Origin: a virus
Lineage: Duplodnaviria > Caudoviricetes
IMG/VR virus record: IMGVR_UViG_3300043493_000052
Coordinates: 1-37,330 of that record
DNA length: 37,330 nt
Direction: 5' to 3' (one strand)
The position numbers were made by a program, and so were the translations under genes. Positions 25,350-33,610 of the stretch are shown piece after piece; position 1 is the stretch's first letter, and each line of letters starts with the position of its first letter. A model generated the notes under the pieces. It had not been told where the DNA came from, made no database searches, and was given only the letters and a program-made list of their open reading frames with translations.

Positions 25350-25927
25350 CAACACGCACCATCGAACCGACCAAGATCACACGCGGCGAGCGTATCGCCT
25401 GGACGCGGAGCTTTAGCGGTTATTCCGCCGAAGATTACGACCTGCAATATCGCTTTCGCGGCCCCGGCCCGGGTGCCGATGTTGACGCGGACGCCGACGG
25501 CAGCGGATTCGACGCCGAGCTGACCGCCGCCGAAAGCACGCTGATGGTCGCAGGCGATTACACCTGGCAGGCGTGGCTGACCGAACAGGCGACGCCGACA
25601 AACACCTTCCTCGCCGCATCCGGACGGACGAAGGTGCTCGCAGGATTTGTTGCCGGCAACACGGGCGACGTCGATATGCGGACGACGGCGAAGATCATGC
25701 TCGACACTATCGATGCCGCTTTGCTCGCCTTTGCGACCAGCGACGTTACGGAATACGAGATCACAACGCCCGCCGGATCTCGCAGCGTCAAGCGTTCGGA
25801 TAAATCCGAGCTGATGTCGCAGCGAAAATACTGGGCCGGGATCGTTACGAACGAGATCGCCCGCGAAGGTGCCAGCAACGGCAGGCCGCTGATGTCCAGC
25901 GTGAAAATGGTGGTATATGATGCATAA
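25346..25927 (+). CDS. Head-tail joining (gpW-like) protein with an N-terminal beta domain
   Basis: Between terL and portal; EYEI....RSVKR....EL..QRKYW C-terminus. Confidence 0.65.
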   Translation: MTTRTIEPTKITRGERIAWTRSFSGYSAEDYDLQYRFRGPGPGADVDADADGSGFDAELTAAESTLMVAGDYTWQAWLTEQATPTNTFLAASGRTKVLAGFVAGNTGDVDMRTTAKIMLDTIDAALLAFATSDVTEYEITTPAGSRSVKRSDKSELMSQRKYWAGIVTNEIAREGASNGRPLMSSVKMVVYDA

Positions 25928-27488
25928 GAAAAAAATATCCGTTCGCCTTTACGAGGCGATATTTCCCGCGAAACGATCATACGCGGCCGCAAAGGTAAAT
26001 CGCCTCAATGCGGGCTGGACGCAATATCCGACCGGTGCACGACAGGAACGCCGCGACTCGCTGGCGATACTGATCGCCCGTTCGCGAGAGGCGGCACGTA
26101 ATTATCCGCATATCGTCAATTACATTCGCCTGATGTGTGAGAACGTCATCGGGCCGAAGAGCATCCAGCTGCAATCGCGTGCCCGCCGGAAAAACGGCAA
26201 GCTCAACGTGCCGCTCAACCAACGCGTCGAAGAGGCCTGGTGGGAATGGTGCCACAGCGAAACATGCACGGCTTCGGGGCTGCTCGACTGGAAAGGCGTT
26301 CAGGACCTTGCCGTCACGCAGTGCGAAACCGACGGCGCGTTCCTGATCCAGTTGATCGAGGCCGATAACGCCTTCGGCTTTTCCCTCAGGATGTGGGACG
26401 TCACCTGGCTCGATCTTACATTCAACGAAAATCCGGCCATCGGCAACCGCATCATCATGTCGGTCGAGGTCGATGCTTTCGATAAGCCGGTCGCGTACTG
26501 GCTGACGCAGCCGCAGAGCGAGGTCAATTTCGGGAGGCCGCAAACCCGCCAGCGTGTGCGCGTTCCTGCCGAGCAGATGATCCACGGCATTCGAAACTGG
26601 GACTCAGAATCGCAGGTGCACGGCGTGCCCGGAACTGCTGCCGCCCTGCTGGCCGCAAAGAATGTTTACAGCTACTGCGAAAGCGTCGTGATGGCCTCAC
26701 GCGTGGCGGCTAATCAGTTCGGCGTGCTCAAAAACACATCGCCCGACGGCATGGAACAATTCACCGGTGCGGAAGATGCAGAGGGCAACCCGCAAAATCC
26801 GCTGATCAATTCGTCGCCGCTCGCGATCACGCAGCTGCTGCCCGGCTGGGAGATGCAGCAATTCAAGCCCGAACAGCCGACGCAGAATCATCCGGCGTTC
26901 AAGCAAACGCTCGACATGGAGATCGCCGTCGCTCTCGGCGTGCCGTACTTTTTGCTGATGGGTAACTGGGAAGCGGTCAACTTCTCATCCAGCCGCGGCG
27001 GGCTCGGCGAGTTTCGCGAGCGGTGCAAAAGCTATCAGACATTCATCGCGACAACGCTCTGCAGCCGCGTCTTTCACGCATGGCTGCGGTCCGCGTGGTT
27101 AAGCGGCAAGCTTGAGCTTACGGACGATGAATTCCGCGAGGTGCAGCATCCGATGTGGCAGGGCCGGGGCTTTGATTACATCGACCCGACAAAAGATATC
27201 AACGCCGACGTGACGAAACTACAGAACCGCCTGACGACGCCGAGCGAGATCCTTGCCGAACGCGGCGTGGATTATCTCGACTTTCTCGAACGCTGGGCGT
27301 CCGATCGCGAGCTCGCGGCTCAGTACGGTATCGACATCGAGGATATCTACACCGAGCAGCAGCCGGCGGCGGCACAGCCTGCGGCCGATCCGGCAGCAGA
27401 ACCTGCAAAACCCGCAGCGAAAGCCCGCGACTTTACCTACGCGAACGGCAACGGAAACGGCAAATATAGCGATGAGATACTGAACTGA
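25917..27488 (+). CDS. Portal protein, lambda family
   Basis: RSYAAA, ARSRE..RN, DG, VNFSSSR and IDPTKD motifs. Confidence 0.92.
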   Translation: MMHKKKISVRLYEAIFPAKRSYAAAKVNRLNAGWTQYPTGARQERRDSLAILIARSREAARNYPHIVNYIRLMCENVIGPKSIQLQSRARRKNGKLNVPLNQRVEEAWWEWCHSETCTASGLLDWKGVQDLAVTQCETDGAFLIQLIEADNAFGFSLRMWDVTWLDLTFNENPAIGNRIIMSVEVDAFDKPVAYWLTQPQSEVNFGRPQTRQRVRVPAEQMIHGIRNWDSESQVHGVPGTAAALLAAKNVYSYCESVVMASRVAANQFGVLKNTSPDGMEQFTGAEDAEGNPQNPLINSSPLAITQLLPGWEMQQFKPEQPTQNHPAFKQTLDMEIAVALGVPYFLLMGNWEAVNFSSSRGGLGEFRERCKSYQTFIATTLCSRVFHAWLRSAWLSGKLELTDDEFREVQHPMWQGRGFDYIDPTKDINADVTKLQNRLTTPSEILAERGVDYLDFLERWASDRELAAQYGIDIEDIYTEQQPAAAQPAADPAAEPAKPAAKARDFTYANGNGNGKYSDEILN

Positions 27489-27502
27489 CACCAGATGTGG
27501 GG

Positions 27503-27550
27503 TAATTTTGGCAAACTAAAAACATAATTCATTTTGTTTTTTTCTACGCT
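27503..27550 (+). promoter_or_regulatory. Late promoter 2 (capsid/tail operon)
   Basis: TAATTTTGGCAAAC-N8-TAATT-N15-TACGCT. Confidence 0.7.
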
Positions 27551-27553
27551 TAT

Positions 27554-27583
27554 GACCGGTGCGAATCTTCGCCCGGTCTTTTT
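27554..27583 (+). terminator. Terminator-like hairpin directly before the protease-capsid ATG
   Basis: GACCGG-TGCGAATCTTCGC-CCGGTC followed by TTTTT-ATG. Confidence 0.55.
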
Positions 27584-29464
27584 ATGTCGGAGATCCTTAC
27601 ACGCGACCAGATCATCAGCAAGGCCACGACCGAAACGCATAAGCGATCGTTCACGATCGAGCGTGCAGATACGGCCGAGGCCGACCGCACGGTCGAGCTC
27701 GCGTTCGCGTCCGACACGCCCTGCACACATTTCTCATACAGGCTTTGGGATTTTATCGACGTCAAGCTCTCGATGAACGAATCCGCGATGCGGACCGAAC
27801 GCCTGACGAGCGGAGCCGCGTTGCTTGCCGATCACGATTCGCGTGATCAGATCGGCGTCGTCGAAAGTTTTTCGGTTGATGCGGCAGACGGCAAGGCACG
27901 GGCAAAGGTCCGTTTCTCAAAATCGGCACGCGGCCAGGAAATGTATCAGGACGTGATCGACGGCATACGCCGAAACGTCAGCGTCGGGTTTTCGATCCAT
28001 AAGCTCGTGCTCGAGGAAGAGAACGAGGAAGGCAACGATCTTTACAGGGCGGACGACTGGGAACCGTTCGAGCTCTCGATAGTCTCGATCCCCGCTGACA
28101 TCTCAGTCGGCGTCGGCAGATCAGCAGAATTTTCACAGCCCGAATCCAGGGCAATTTCAACAAATGGAGTAACTACTATGCAAGATGAAAATATCCAAAC
28201 ACCGGTAACTCCGGATGTTGAACCCGAAGTTCAGACCCGAGCTGCCGAAGAGGCACGCACGGTCGCGGACGTTCAAAACCAGATCAAGTTCGGTGCCACG
28301 TTCGGCTTCGAAAAAGAAGTGCGTGACGCGGCCCTGGCTAATCCCGACTTCAGTATGTCCGACGCACGCATGCTCGTCCAGCAGCTGAAAGGCAAAGCCG
28401 ACGAGGTAGCGAAACGCATCTCGCCTGTTCGCCCGATCGATGCCGAATCGCCGACAGTCGGCAACGCGTTGATCAAGAGCGAAGAGTATCGAAATCTCAT
28501 CCCGCAGAAAGGACAGAGACGCAGTTGGACCGTGCAAACGTCCGTGCTGCCGAGCGATCTTTTCAAGCGTGCGACTTACAGCGGCTCGGGCGACAGCATG
28601 ACCAGCTACAACCGCGTGCCCGGCGTCTTTGAGCTCGGCCAGCAGCAGCCGACAGTTGCCGAACTATTCATGCAGGCACAGACCGATTCGCCGACCGTCC
28701 GCTACCTGCAGGAATCTACCTACACACAGGCCGCCGACGCCGTGCTCGAAGGCGATGAAAAGCCCGAGGCTTCGTTCGATCTCGTCGAGACTGACGCATC
28801 GGTCCGCAAGATCGCGGTCTTTGGGCGTGTGACTGACGAAACACTCGAAGATTTTTCGCAGATCCGCCCGTACATCGATCAGCGTCTTTCGTTTATGGTC
28901 AGGTCCAAGATCGACGACCAGCTGCTCAACGGGACCGGCACGGCTCCGCAGATCGCAGGACTGCTCGGGACCTCCGGCGTGCAGACGGCAGAAATGTCCA
29001 GTAACACAGCGGTCAAGCTCGCCGAAGCGATCATGAATGCGATCACGAAGGTCCGCACGGTCGGTTTCTTTGAGCCGGACGCGATCGTTATTCATCCGAA
29101 CGACTACCAAAAGCTCCGACTCGCAACCGACGGCAATACACAGTATTACGGCGGCGGTTTCTTCCAGGGCCAGTACGGTCTGGAATACAACGACCCTGGC
29201 CGCATCTGGGGCCTTCGTATCGTGCAGACGACCGCGATCAGCGAGATCGATCTGGCAACGCCCGCAGCCGGCAACAAAGGCCCGATCGTCGGTGCATTCG
29301 GTCTCGGCGGTGCCGTGTTCTATCGCAATGGCCTTTCGATCGAAGCGACGAATACCAATGAGGATGACTTCATCAATAACCTGACGACCATCCGCGTCGA
29401 GCAGCGACTTGCCCTTGCGGTATATCGTCCGCTCGCATTCTGCCGCGTCATCAACGCCGCTTAA
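27584..29464 (+). CDS. HK97-type prohead protease fused to the major capsid protein; internal start at 28178
   Basis: LLADHD, NVSVGF and ELSIVSIPAD protease motifs; EGDEKPE, LLNGTG, IHPND and RVEQRL capsid motifs. Confidence 0.92.
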   Translation: MSEILTRDQIISKATTETHKRSFTIERADTAEADRTVELAFASDTPCTHFSYRLWDFIDVKLSMNESAMRTERLTSGAALLADHDSRDQIGVVESFSVDAADGKARAKVRFSKSARGQEMYQDVIDGIRRNVSVGFSIHKLVLEEENEEGNDLYRADDWEPFELSIVSIPADISVGVGRSAEFSQPESRAISTNGVTTMQDENIQTPVTPDVEPEVQTRAAEEARTVADVQNQIKFGATFGFEKEVRDAALANPDFSMSDARMLVQQLKGKADEVAKRISPVRPIDAESPTVGNALIKSEEYRNLIPQKGQRRSWTVQTSVLPSDLFKRATYSGSGDSMTSYNRVPGVFELGQQQPTVAELFMQAQTDSPTVRYLQESTYTQAADAVLEGDEKPEASFDLVETDASVRKIAVFGRVTDETLEDFSQIRPYIDQRLSFMVRSKIDDQLLNGTGTAPQIAGLLGTSGVQTAEMSSNTAVKLAEAIMNAITKVRTVGFFEPDAIVIHPNDYQKLRLATDGNTQYYGGGFFQGQYGLEYNDPGRIWGLRIVQTTAISEIDLATPAAGNKGPIVGAFGLGGAVFYRNGLSIEATNTNEDDFINNLTTIRVEQRLALAVYRPLAFCRVINAA

Positions 29465-29478
29465 TTGGGGAGAGTTTT

Positions 29479-29769
29479 ATGATCCCGAAAAAGGATTATT
29501 ACGTGGACGCCGGTGGCAAGATCACCAACGATCCGGAGAAATATGCGATACAGGTCGCGGTCGCCGGCGTCCTGCTCGATGAACGAATCGCTAGGCGATA
29601 CGGCATTGATGACACGCTGGTGTCCGTCGATGAGCCGGGTGTGGTGCGATCGGTGAGATCGATGCCGGAGCCCGAAAAAGAAACCGAGTCGGAACCCAAG
29701 GCGGAAACGCCGGAAGATGATCCGGCCGCGGAGCCACAAGCTAAAAAAGGAGCAAAGAAAAAATCATGA
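29479..29769 (+). CDS. Hypothetical head-associated protein
   Basis: GGGGAG RBS; follows the capsid gene. Confidence 0.65.
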   Translation: MIPKKDYYVDAGGKITNDPEKYAIQVAVAGVLLDERIARRYGIDDTLVSVDEPGVVRSVRSMPEPEKETESEPKAETPEDDPAAEPQAKKGAKKKS

Positions 29770-30185
29770 GCAAATACGTTAAACAGTCCACACCTGGCAC
29801 GACCTCGATCGCCACGACCAGCAACACCGATGAATACTTAATGGCCGCGAAAACCGGCAAGATCGCCGGTGCGGTTTTTCAGTCATTGGCCACACTCGCG
29901 GCACATGACTCGAACTACGTCACGTTCTCGATCACGAACCTCGGACAGGCCGGTGCGGGCACTGCGGCGATCCTTGCCGCGAGCGCCGCGAACACGACGA
30001 AGGTCACAGGCGGCACGGCCCTCGCTGCGAGCACGAAACGCACGCTGACGCTATCCAGCACGGTCGCGGATCTCGCGGTCGTCGAAGGCGACATCCTTCT
30101 CGTTCGCTTCGCGGCTACCGGAACGCTCGCAGGTGCCGTGACTCGTCCGATAGTGCAGATCTCGATCAAAACTGCCCAAAGGTAG
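29766..30185 (+). CDS. Putative head decoration protein
   Basis: Ala/Thr-rich beta protein in the head module. Confidence 0.55.
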   Translation: MSKYVKQSTPGTTSIATTSNTDEYLMAAKTGKIAGAVFQSLATLAAHDSNYVTFSITNLGQAGAGTAAILAASAANTTKVTGGTALAASTKRTLTLSSTVADLAVVEGDILLVRFAATGTLAGAVTRPIVQISIKTAQR

Positions 30186-30193
30186 GAGGCAGC

Positions 30194-30505
30194 GTGATCG
30201 GTGATGAAGATTTAACAGCGATCTTTGAAAGCGGCGATTTTGATACGGCTGCGACGTTTACGATAAGCACGACGGCGACGCTCGACGTGCAGGGATGGTT
30301 CACGGATGCTACGGAGCAGACGAACATCCTGAGCAATGAGGTCGAGGCAGTGATGCCGATGTTCGATTGTGCATCGAGCGAGCTTGAGCAGGCCGGCAGC
30401 GTTGTCCGCAAAGGCATGGCGGTCTCGATCGACGATACGGCTTACACCATCGAACGCATCTCAAAGCTCGGCACCGGCGTCACGACGATCTATCTGAAAA
30501 CGTGA
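30194..30505 (+). CDS. Head-tail adaptor (gpFII-like)
   Basis: AGGAGG-GTG start; KGMAVSID...YTI....GTGVTTIYL. Confidence 0.75.
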   Translation: MIGDEDLTAIFESGDFDTAATFTISTTATLDVQGWFTDATEQTNILSNEVEAVMPMFDCASSELEQAGSVVRKGMAVSIDDTAYTIERISKLGTGVTTIYLKT

Positions 30506-30564
30506 CAGGGGACGAGTAACAGGTGACAAGAAGATCCTGTTACCTGTAACCCGTCACTTGTAAC
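30502..30564. repeat. Inverted heptamer-array hairpin (GTGACAG-type)
   Basis: GTGACAG GGGACGA GTAACAG GTGACAA, 7-nt spacer, then CTGTTAC CTGTAAC CCGTCAC TTGTAAC. Confidence 0.75.
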
Positions 30565-30568
30565 CAAG

Positions 30569-31060
30569 ATGGCTGATTCGACCGAACAAAAGATCGTCAC
30601 ACGCGCACTTGCGGTGCTGGCCGCGATAAACGGCACGGGCAGCTATCAAACGACGCTCGGCTCGACGATAGTCGCCGGAACCTCGGGACAAAGCCTTGCA
30701 GACAGCAGGCCGAACTGGGACCAGGACGAGTTGCCCGCGATCAGCGTTTTTCAGGGGCCGGTCGATGTCGAAGATCGCGACGACGAAAACCAAAAGGTTT
30801 TACGCCATCTGCCGCTGATCATCCGGGGAACCTTGGAACGCGGGACCGACGCATCAACCGCCCGAAAGCTTATTTCGGACATCATGCGGGCAATGCGAGC
30901 CGCAGGCGATAAGTGGACAGTGTCAGGCACGAACCTCGCACTCTACACGAACGAAGGCCCGCACATGATCGAATACGCCGAGGGCACTTACGAGATCACC
31001 GGCGTCGAGCAGCAGATAGATATTTATTACTCCGGGTCGAACATGGACCTCGATGCATAA
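30569..31060 (+). CDS. Tail terminator (gpU-like)
   Basis: DELPAISV motif; position before the tail tube. Confidence 0.7.
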   Translation: MADSTEQKIVTRALAVLAAINGTGSYQTTLGSTIVAGTSGQSLADSRPNWDQDELPAISVFQGPVDVEDRDDENQKVLRHLPLIIRGTLERGTDASTARKLISDIMRAMRAAGDKWTVSGTNLALYTNEGPHMIEYAEGTYEITGVEQQIDIYYSGSNMDLDA

Positions 31061-31071
31061 AACAAAAAGCT

Positions 31072-31392
31072 ATGGCAGACAGAGAACCAATACTAAACGC
31101 AAACATGAAGAACCTTACCGAGCGTCACGGCGAGAAGGCCGATGAGGTCTTTCGTGAGCTCGCGGACCTCGGCGGTTTCGGTGAAGTCGGCGACGGACAG
31201 GGACAGGTCAGCCCGCATTATGCAGGCGGCCTCGGCATTTTGGGTGCGTTGCGTGAAGAGAATACCGCTGTTTCGCCGCAGGCAAAGGACCGCATCGCGG
31301 AGCTTTGCGGCGTCGATCGCAAACAGGACGTCGATAATCATCAAGGCGTCGGGTTGGCCCGAAACGAAACGAAAGATCCGAAGGAAAAATAA
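31072..31392 (+). CDS. Hypothetical protein
   Basis: ATG 31072 after the terminator-protein stop; fills the gap. Confidence 0.6.
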   Translation: MADREPILNANMKNLTERHGEKADEVFRELADLGGFGEVGDGQGQVSPHYAGGLGILGALREENTAVSPQAKDRIAELCGVDRKQDVDNHQGVGLARNETKDPKEK

Positions 31393-31413
31393 AGAGGTTA
31401 AGGAGCAAATACA

Positions 31414-32028
31414 ATGGCTGGAACAGCACGCAGTTGGCGGACAACCGCTCTCGCACAAAATGCAGGCGACCTATGGGGGAGTTTGGCTATACCAGCCGCT
31501 GCGGCACGCATCACGCTGACCGCTCCCGCTTCCGGCATAGGCAAGACGCCCGACGCGACGGAGAACACGACGGCGTTTCATTACGGGGCGACAAAAGCCG
31601 GATCGAAACTGATGGTCAAGGGATCGTTCGATAAATACAACGTCGATGAGTTTCGTGCTCCGATCGTCACCAATGTCGGCAGCCTCGAAATGGGCATCGC
31701 GACCGAGTTAGTCGCGATCACCGATCTCGACGTGATGACGAACCTTTTGCCCGGCATCGGTACGTATGCGACGGCATCGGGATATAAAGAGATCCGCGTC
31801 GGCCAAAAGGCTATTGCGTATCAATGTGTTGCCGTTATCTTCCCGCTGATCGAGGACACGACCAAAAACGGCGTGTTCATGCTTTACTCGTCCCTGAATG
31901 ACTCAGGCGTCGAATGGACGCAGAGCCGCAAGGAACTGGGCTTCACACCCGCGAATTTTGTCGGATATGAGATCACGACTCGCGTGGCGACCGACACCCT
32001 GGGAATCTACTGGAAAGAGATCGCTTAA
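31414..32028 (+). CDS. Major tail tube protein
   Basis: AAGGAG RBS; 204 aa; YGATKAG motif; precedes chaperones and tape measure. Confidence 0.75.
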   Translation: MAGTARSWRTTALAQNAGDLWGSLAIPAAAARITLTAPASGIGKTPDATENTTAFHYGATKAGSKLMVKGSFDKYNVDEFRAPIVTNVGSLEMGIATELVAITDLDVMTNLLPGIGTYATASGYKEIRVGQKAIAYQCVAVIFPLIEDTTKNGVFMLYSSLNDSGVEWTQSRKELGFTPANFVGYEITTRVATDTLGIYWKEIA

Positions 32029-32031
32029 TTT

Positions 32032-32460
32032 ATGGCAACAGCGAAAATGGAAACCGCGGCGGAGAGATACCGCCGCAATAAGAAAGCACAGACGGAGATT
32101 CATGCCGTCTTGTGCGAATGCGGAGCGGAATGGAAATGCCGACGTGCCGACAAAAGCTTTTGGGTGACGTCGGGGATCCTGCCGATGTCGATGCTCGACA
32201 TGGCCGCCAAGGTCGCAAAGCATGAGCAGACGGAGGACGACATCATTAAAACGATGGCGACCGACGAGATCATCCAGTCGGTCGTGTTTTCAAATAAGGT
32301 CGTGAAATACACCGCCGTCGAACCGCGCATCGTCGAAACCGTTACGGACCCGAACGATCTTTTGCAGGAAGAGGTTGACATGTGCTGCTACAACCGCCTG
32401 CGTGACTGGCAAATGAAAGGGGGTGACGAAGCGGCGACGCTGGAAACCTTTCGTCAGTGA
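32032..32460 (+). CDS. Tail assembly chaperone (G-like)
   Basis: Position between the tube and tape measure genes; ends in ETFRQ. Confidence 0.7.
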   Translation: MATAKMETAAERYRRNKKAQTEIHAVLCECGAEWKCRRADKSFWVTSGILPMSMLDMAAKVAKHEQTEDDIIKTMATDEIIQSVVFSNKVVKYTAVEPRIVETVTDPNDLLQEEVDMCCYNRLRDWQMKGGDEAATLETFRQ

Positions 32461-32749
32461 TGACAACAAAATGCTATGGCTCGCGATGCTTTCCCGAGAT
32501 ACCGGAATTCCCGCATCGCAGCACTTAGGAATAAAAGACGAAGTTGTCGCGTTGGATTTCAATCTTGCTGTGACATTTCGTCTTTTTCGTTTAAGGCAGG
32601 AAGAGCAAAAAGGACTGGCCAAACGCATCGCCTACGAATGCTCGAAGATCTTTGGCGGCAGCGATGACGAAGACGGCGACGAGATCCTCGACGCGACCGA
32701 TCTGATCTCAAACGATCGCTACGCAGATAAAAATACGCAGGTTTGGTAA
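32450..32749 (+). CDS. Tail assembly chaperone extension (T-like), +1 frame
   Basis: Frame open 32417-32749, overlapping the end of G; ACC-TTT-CGT-C at 32446-32455. Confidence 0.6.
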   Translation, partial: FVSDDNKMLWLAMLSRDTGIPASQHLGIKDEVVALDFNLAVTFRLFRLRQEEQKGLAKRIAYECSKIFGGSDDEDGDEILDATDLISNDRYADKNTQVW

Positions 32750-32756
32750 ATGGGAC

Positions 32757-33563
32757 TTATGCAGCTAAAGAATATTGTCGAAACTCTCGCTCAGATTTCA
32801 CACCCTTGCGCAAATTGCACCGGCCGCATGCAGGGGCGATGTTAGCGATCCAATTAGTGCCACCCCGAATGAGTGGGATGCGATGCTCAATATGAATGGT
32901 TTGACCAGCAAGAGAAACACGACACAGGTAACAACGGTGCCCAAAGTATCGAAGCTTCTCCTGCCATTGCTCGTATGTGAATGTCCCCTGCGCAGACCGT
33001 TGTCGGCCTCGACGATCTTGGCAGAAGACACGACAACGTTCTTTGTTGCGGCTCCGCCACAATTTATTCACCTGGTTTATATGGTCTGGTTTTTCCTTAT
33101 ATCGCTCCCTGCCGGCTGCTCTGAGTTGATCGCGATGTTTGTTTCTGTAATTCGCCTTAATAGCGAGGCTGCGGCCTCGGTTAGCCGCATGCCAACGTCT
33201 AGTACAGCCATTCGCTTTCTCCGGGTTGAGCTTTCTATATTCCCTTTGTTGGCGAAGTACGCGTTCTTTATTCGCTTCATATTGACGTCGTTTACAGTCC
33301 CGACAGAGAGGGGCGAGGCCGTGAGATCGATCCTTGCTTTTGTTAAACACCTTCTGGTAAGCAAAGTGCCGACCAACTTCACACCAAGCGAAATGTGGGA
33401 ACGCGATCAAAAACCGATGCTTCGCCGCCCAGTCTTTCGTGTTCGTACATTCCTTGCATCGAGAGGTGCGTTGCAAGCGACCTTCGCGGCGTTTTGCGAA
33501 CGCCGTCAGCGGTTTTATTTCCGAGCATTTAGTGCACCGCCGCGTGTCGATTTGATCAGACAT
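32757..33563 (-). CDS. HNH homing endonuclease with Zn ribbons
   Basis: CYLC...HIEHRIPLIRGGTNWIANIAPACGRCNLRK; N-terminal CTKC/CKEC. Confidence 0.9.
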   Translation of the reverse strand: MSDQIDTRRCTKCSEIKPLTAFAKRREGRLQRTSRCKECTNTKDWAAKHRFLIAFPHFAWCEVGRHFAYQKVFNKSKDRSHGLAPLCRDCKRRQYEANKERVLRQQREYRKLNPEKANGCTRRWHAANRGRSLAIKANYRNKHRDQLRAAGRERYKEKPDHINQVNKLWRSRNKERCRVFCQDRRGRQRSAQGTFTYEQWQEKLRYFGHRCYLCRVSLAGQTIHIEHRIPLIRGGTNWIANIAPACGRCNLRKGVKSEREFRQYSLAA

Positions 33564-33572
33564 TCAACTGCA

Positions 33573-33581
33573 ATTATACCA
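33573..33581 (-). promoter_or_regulatory. Extended -10 promoter for the HNH gene
   Basis: Minus-strand TGGTATAAT (TGnTATAAT) 9 nt before the ATG. Confidence 0.65.
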
Positions 33582-33610
33582 CAACGTCTTGTGTTTAGGG
33601 AGGGCGTTGC

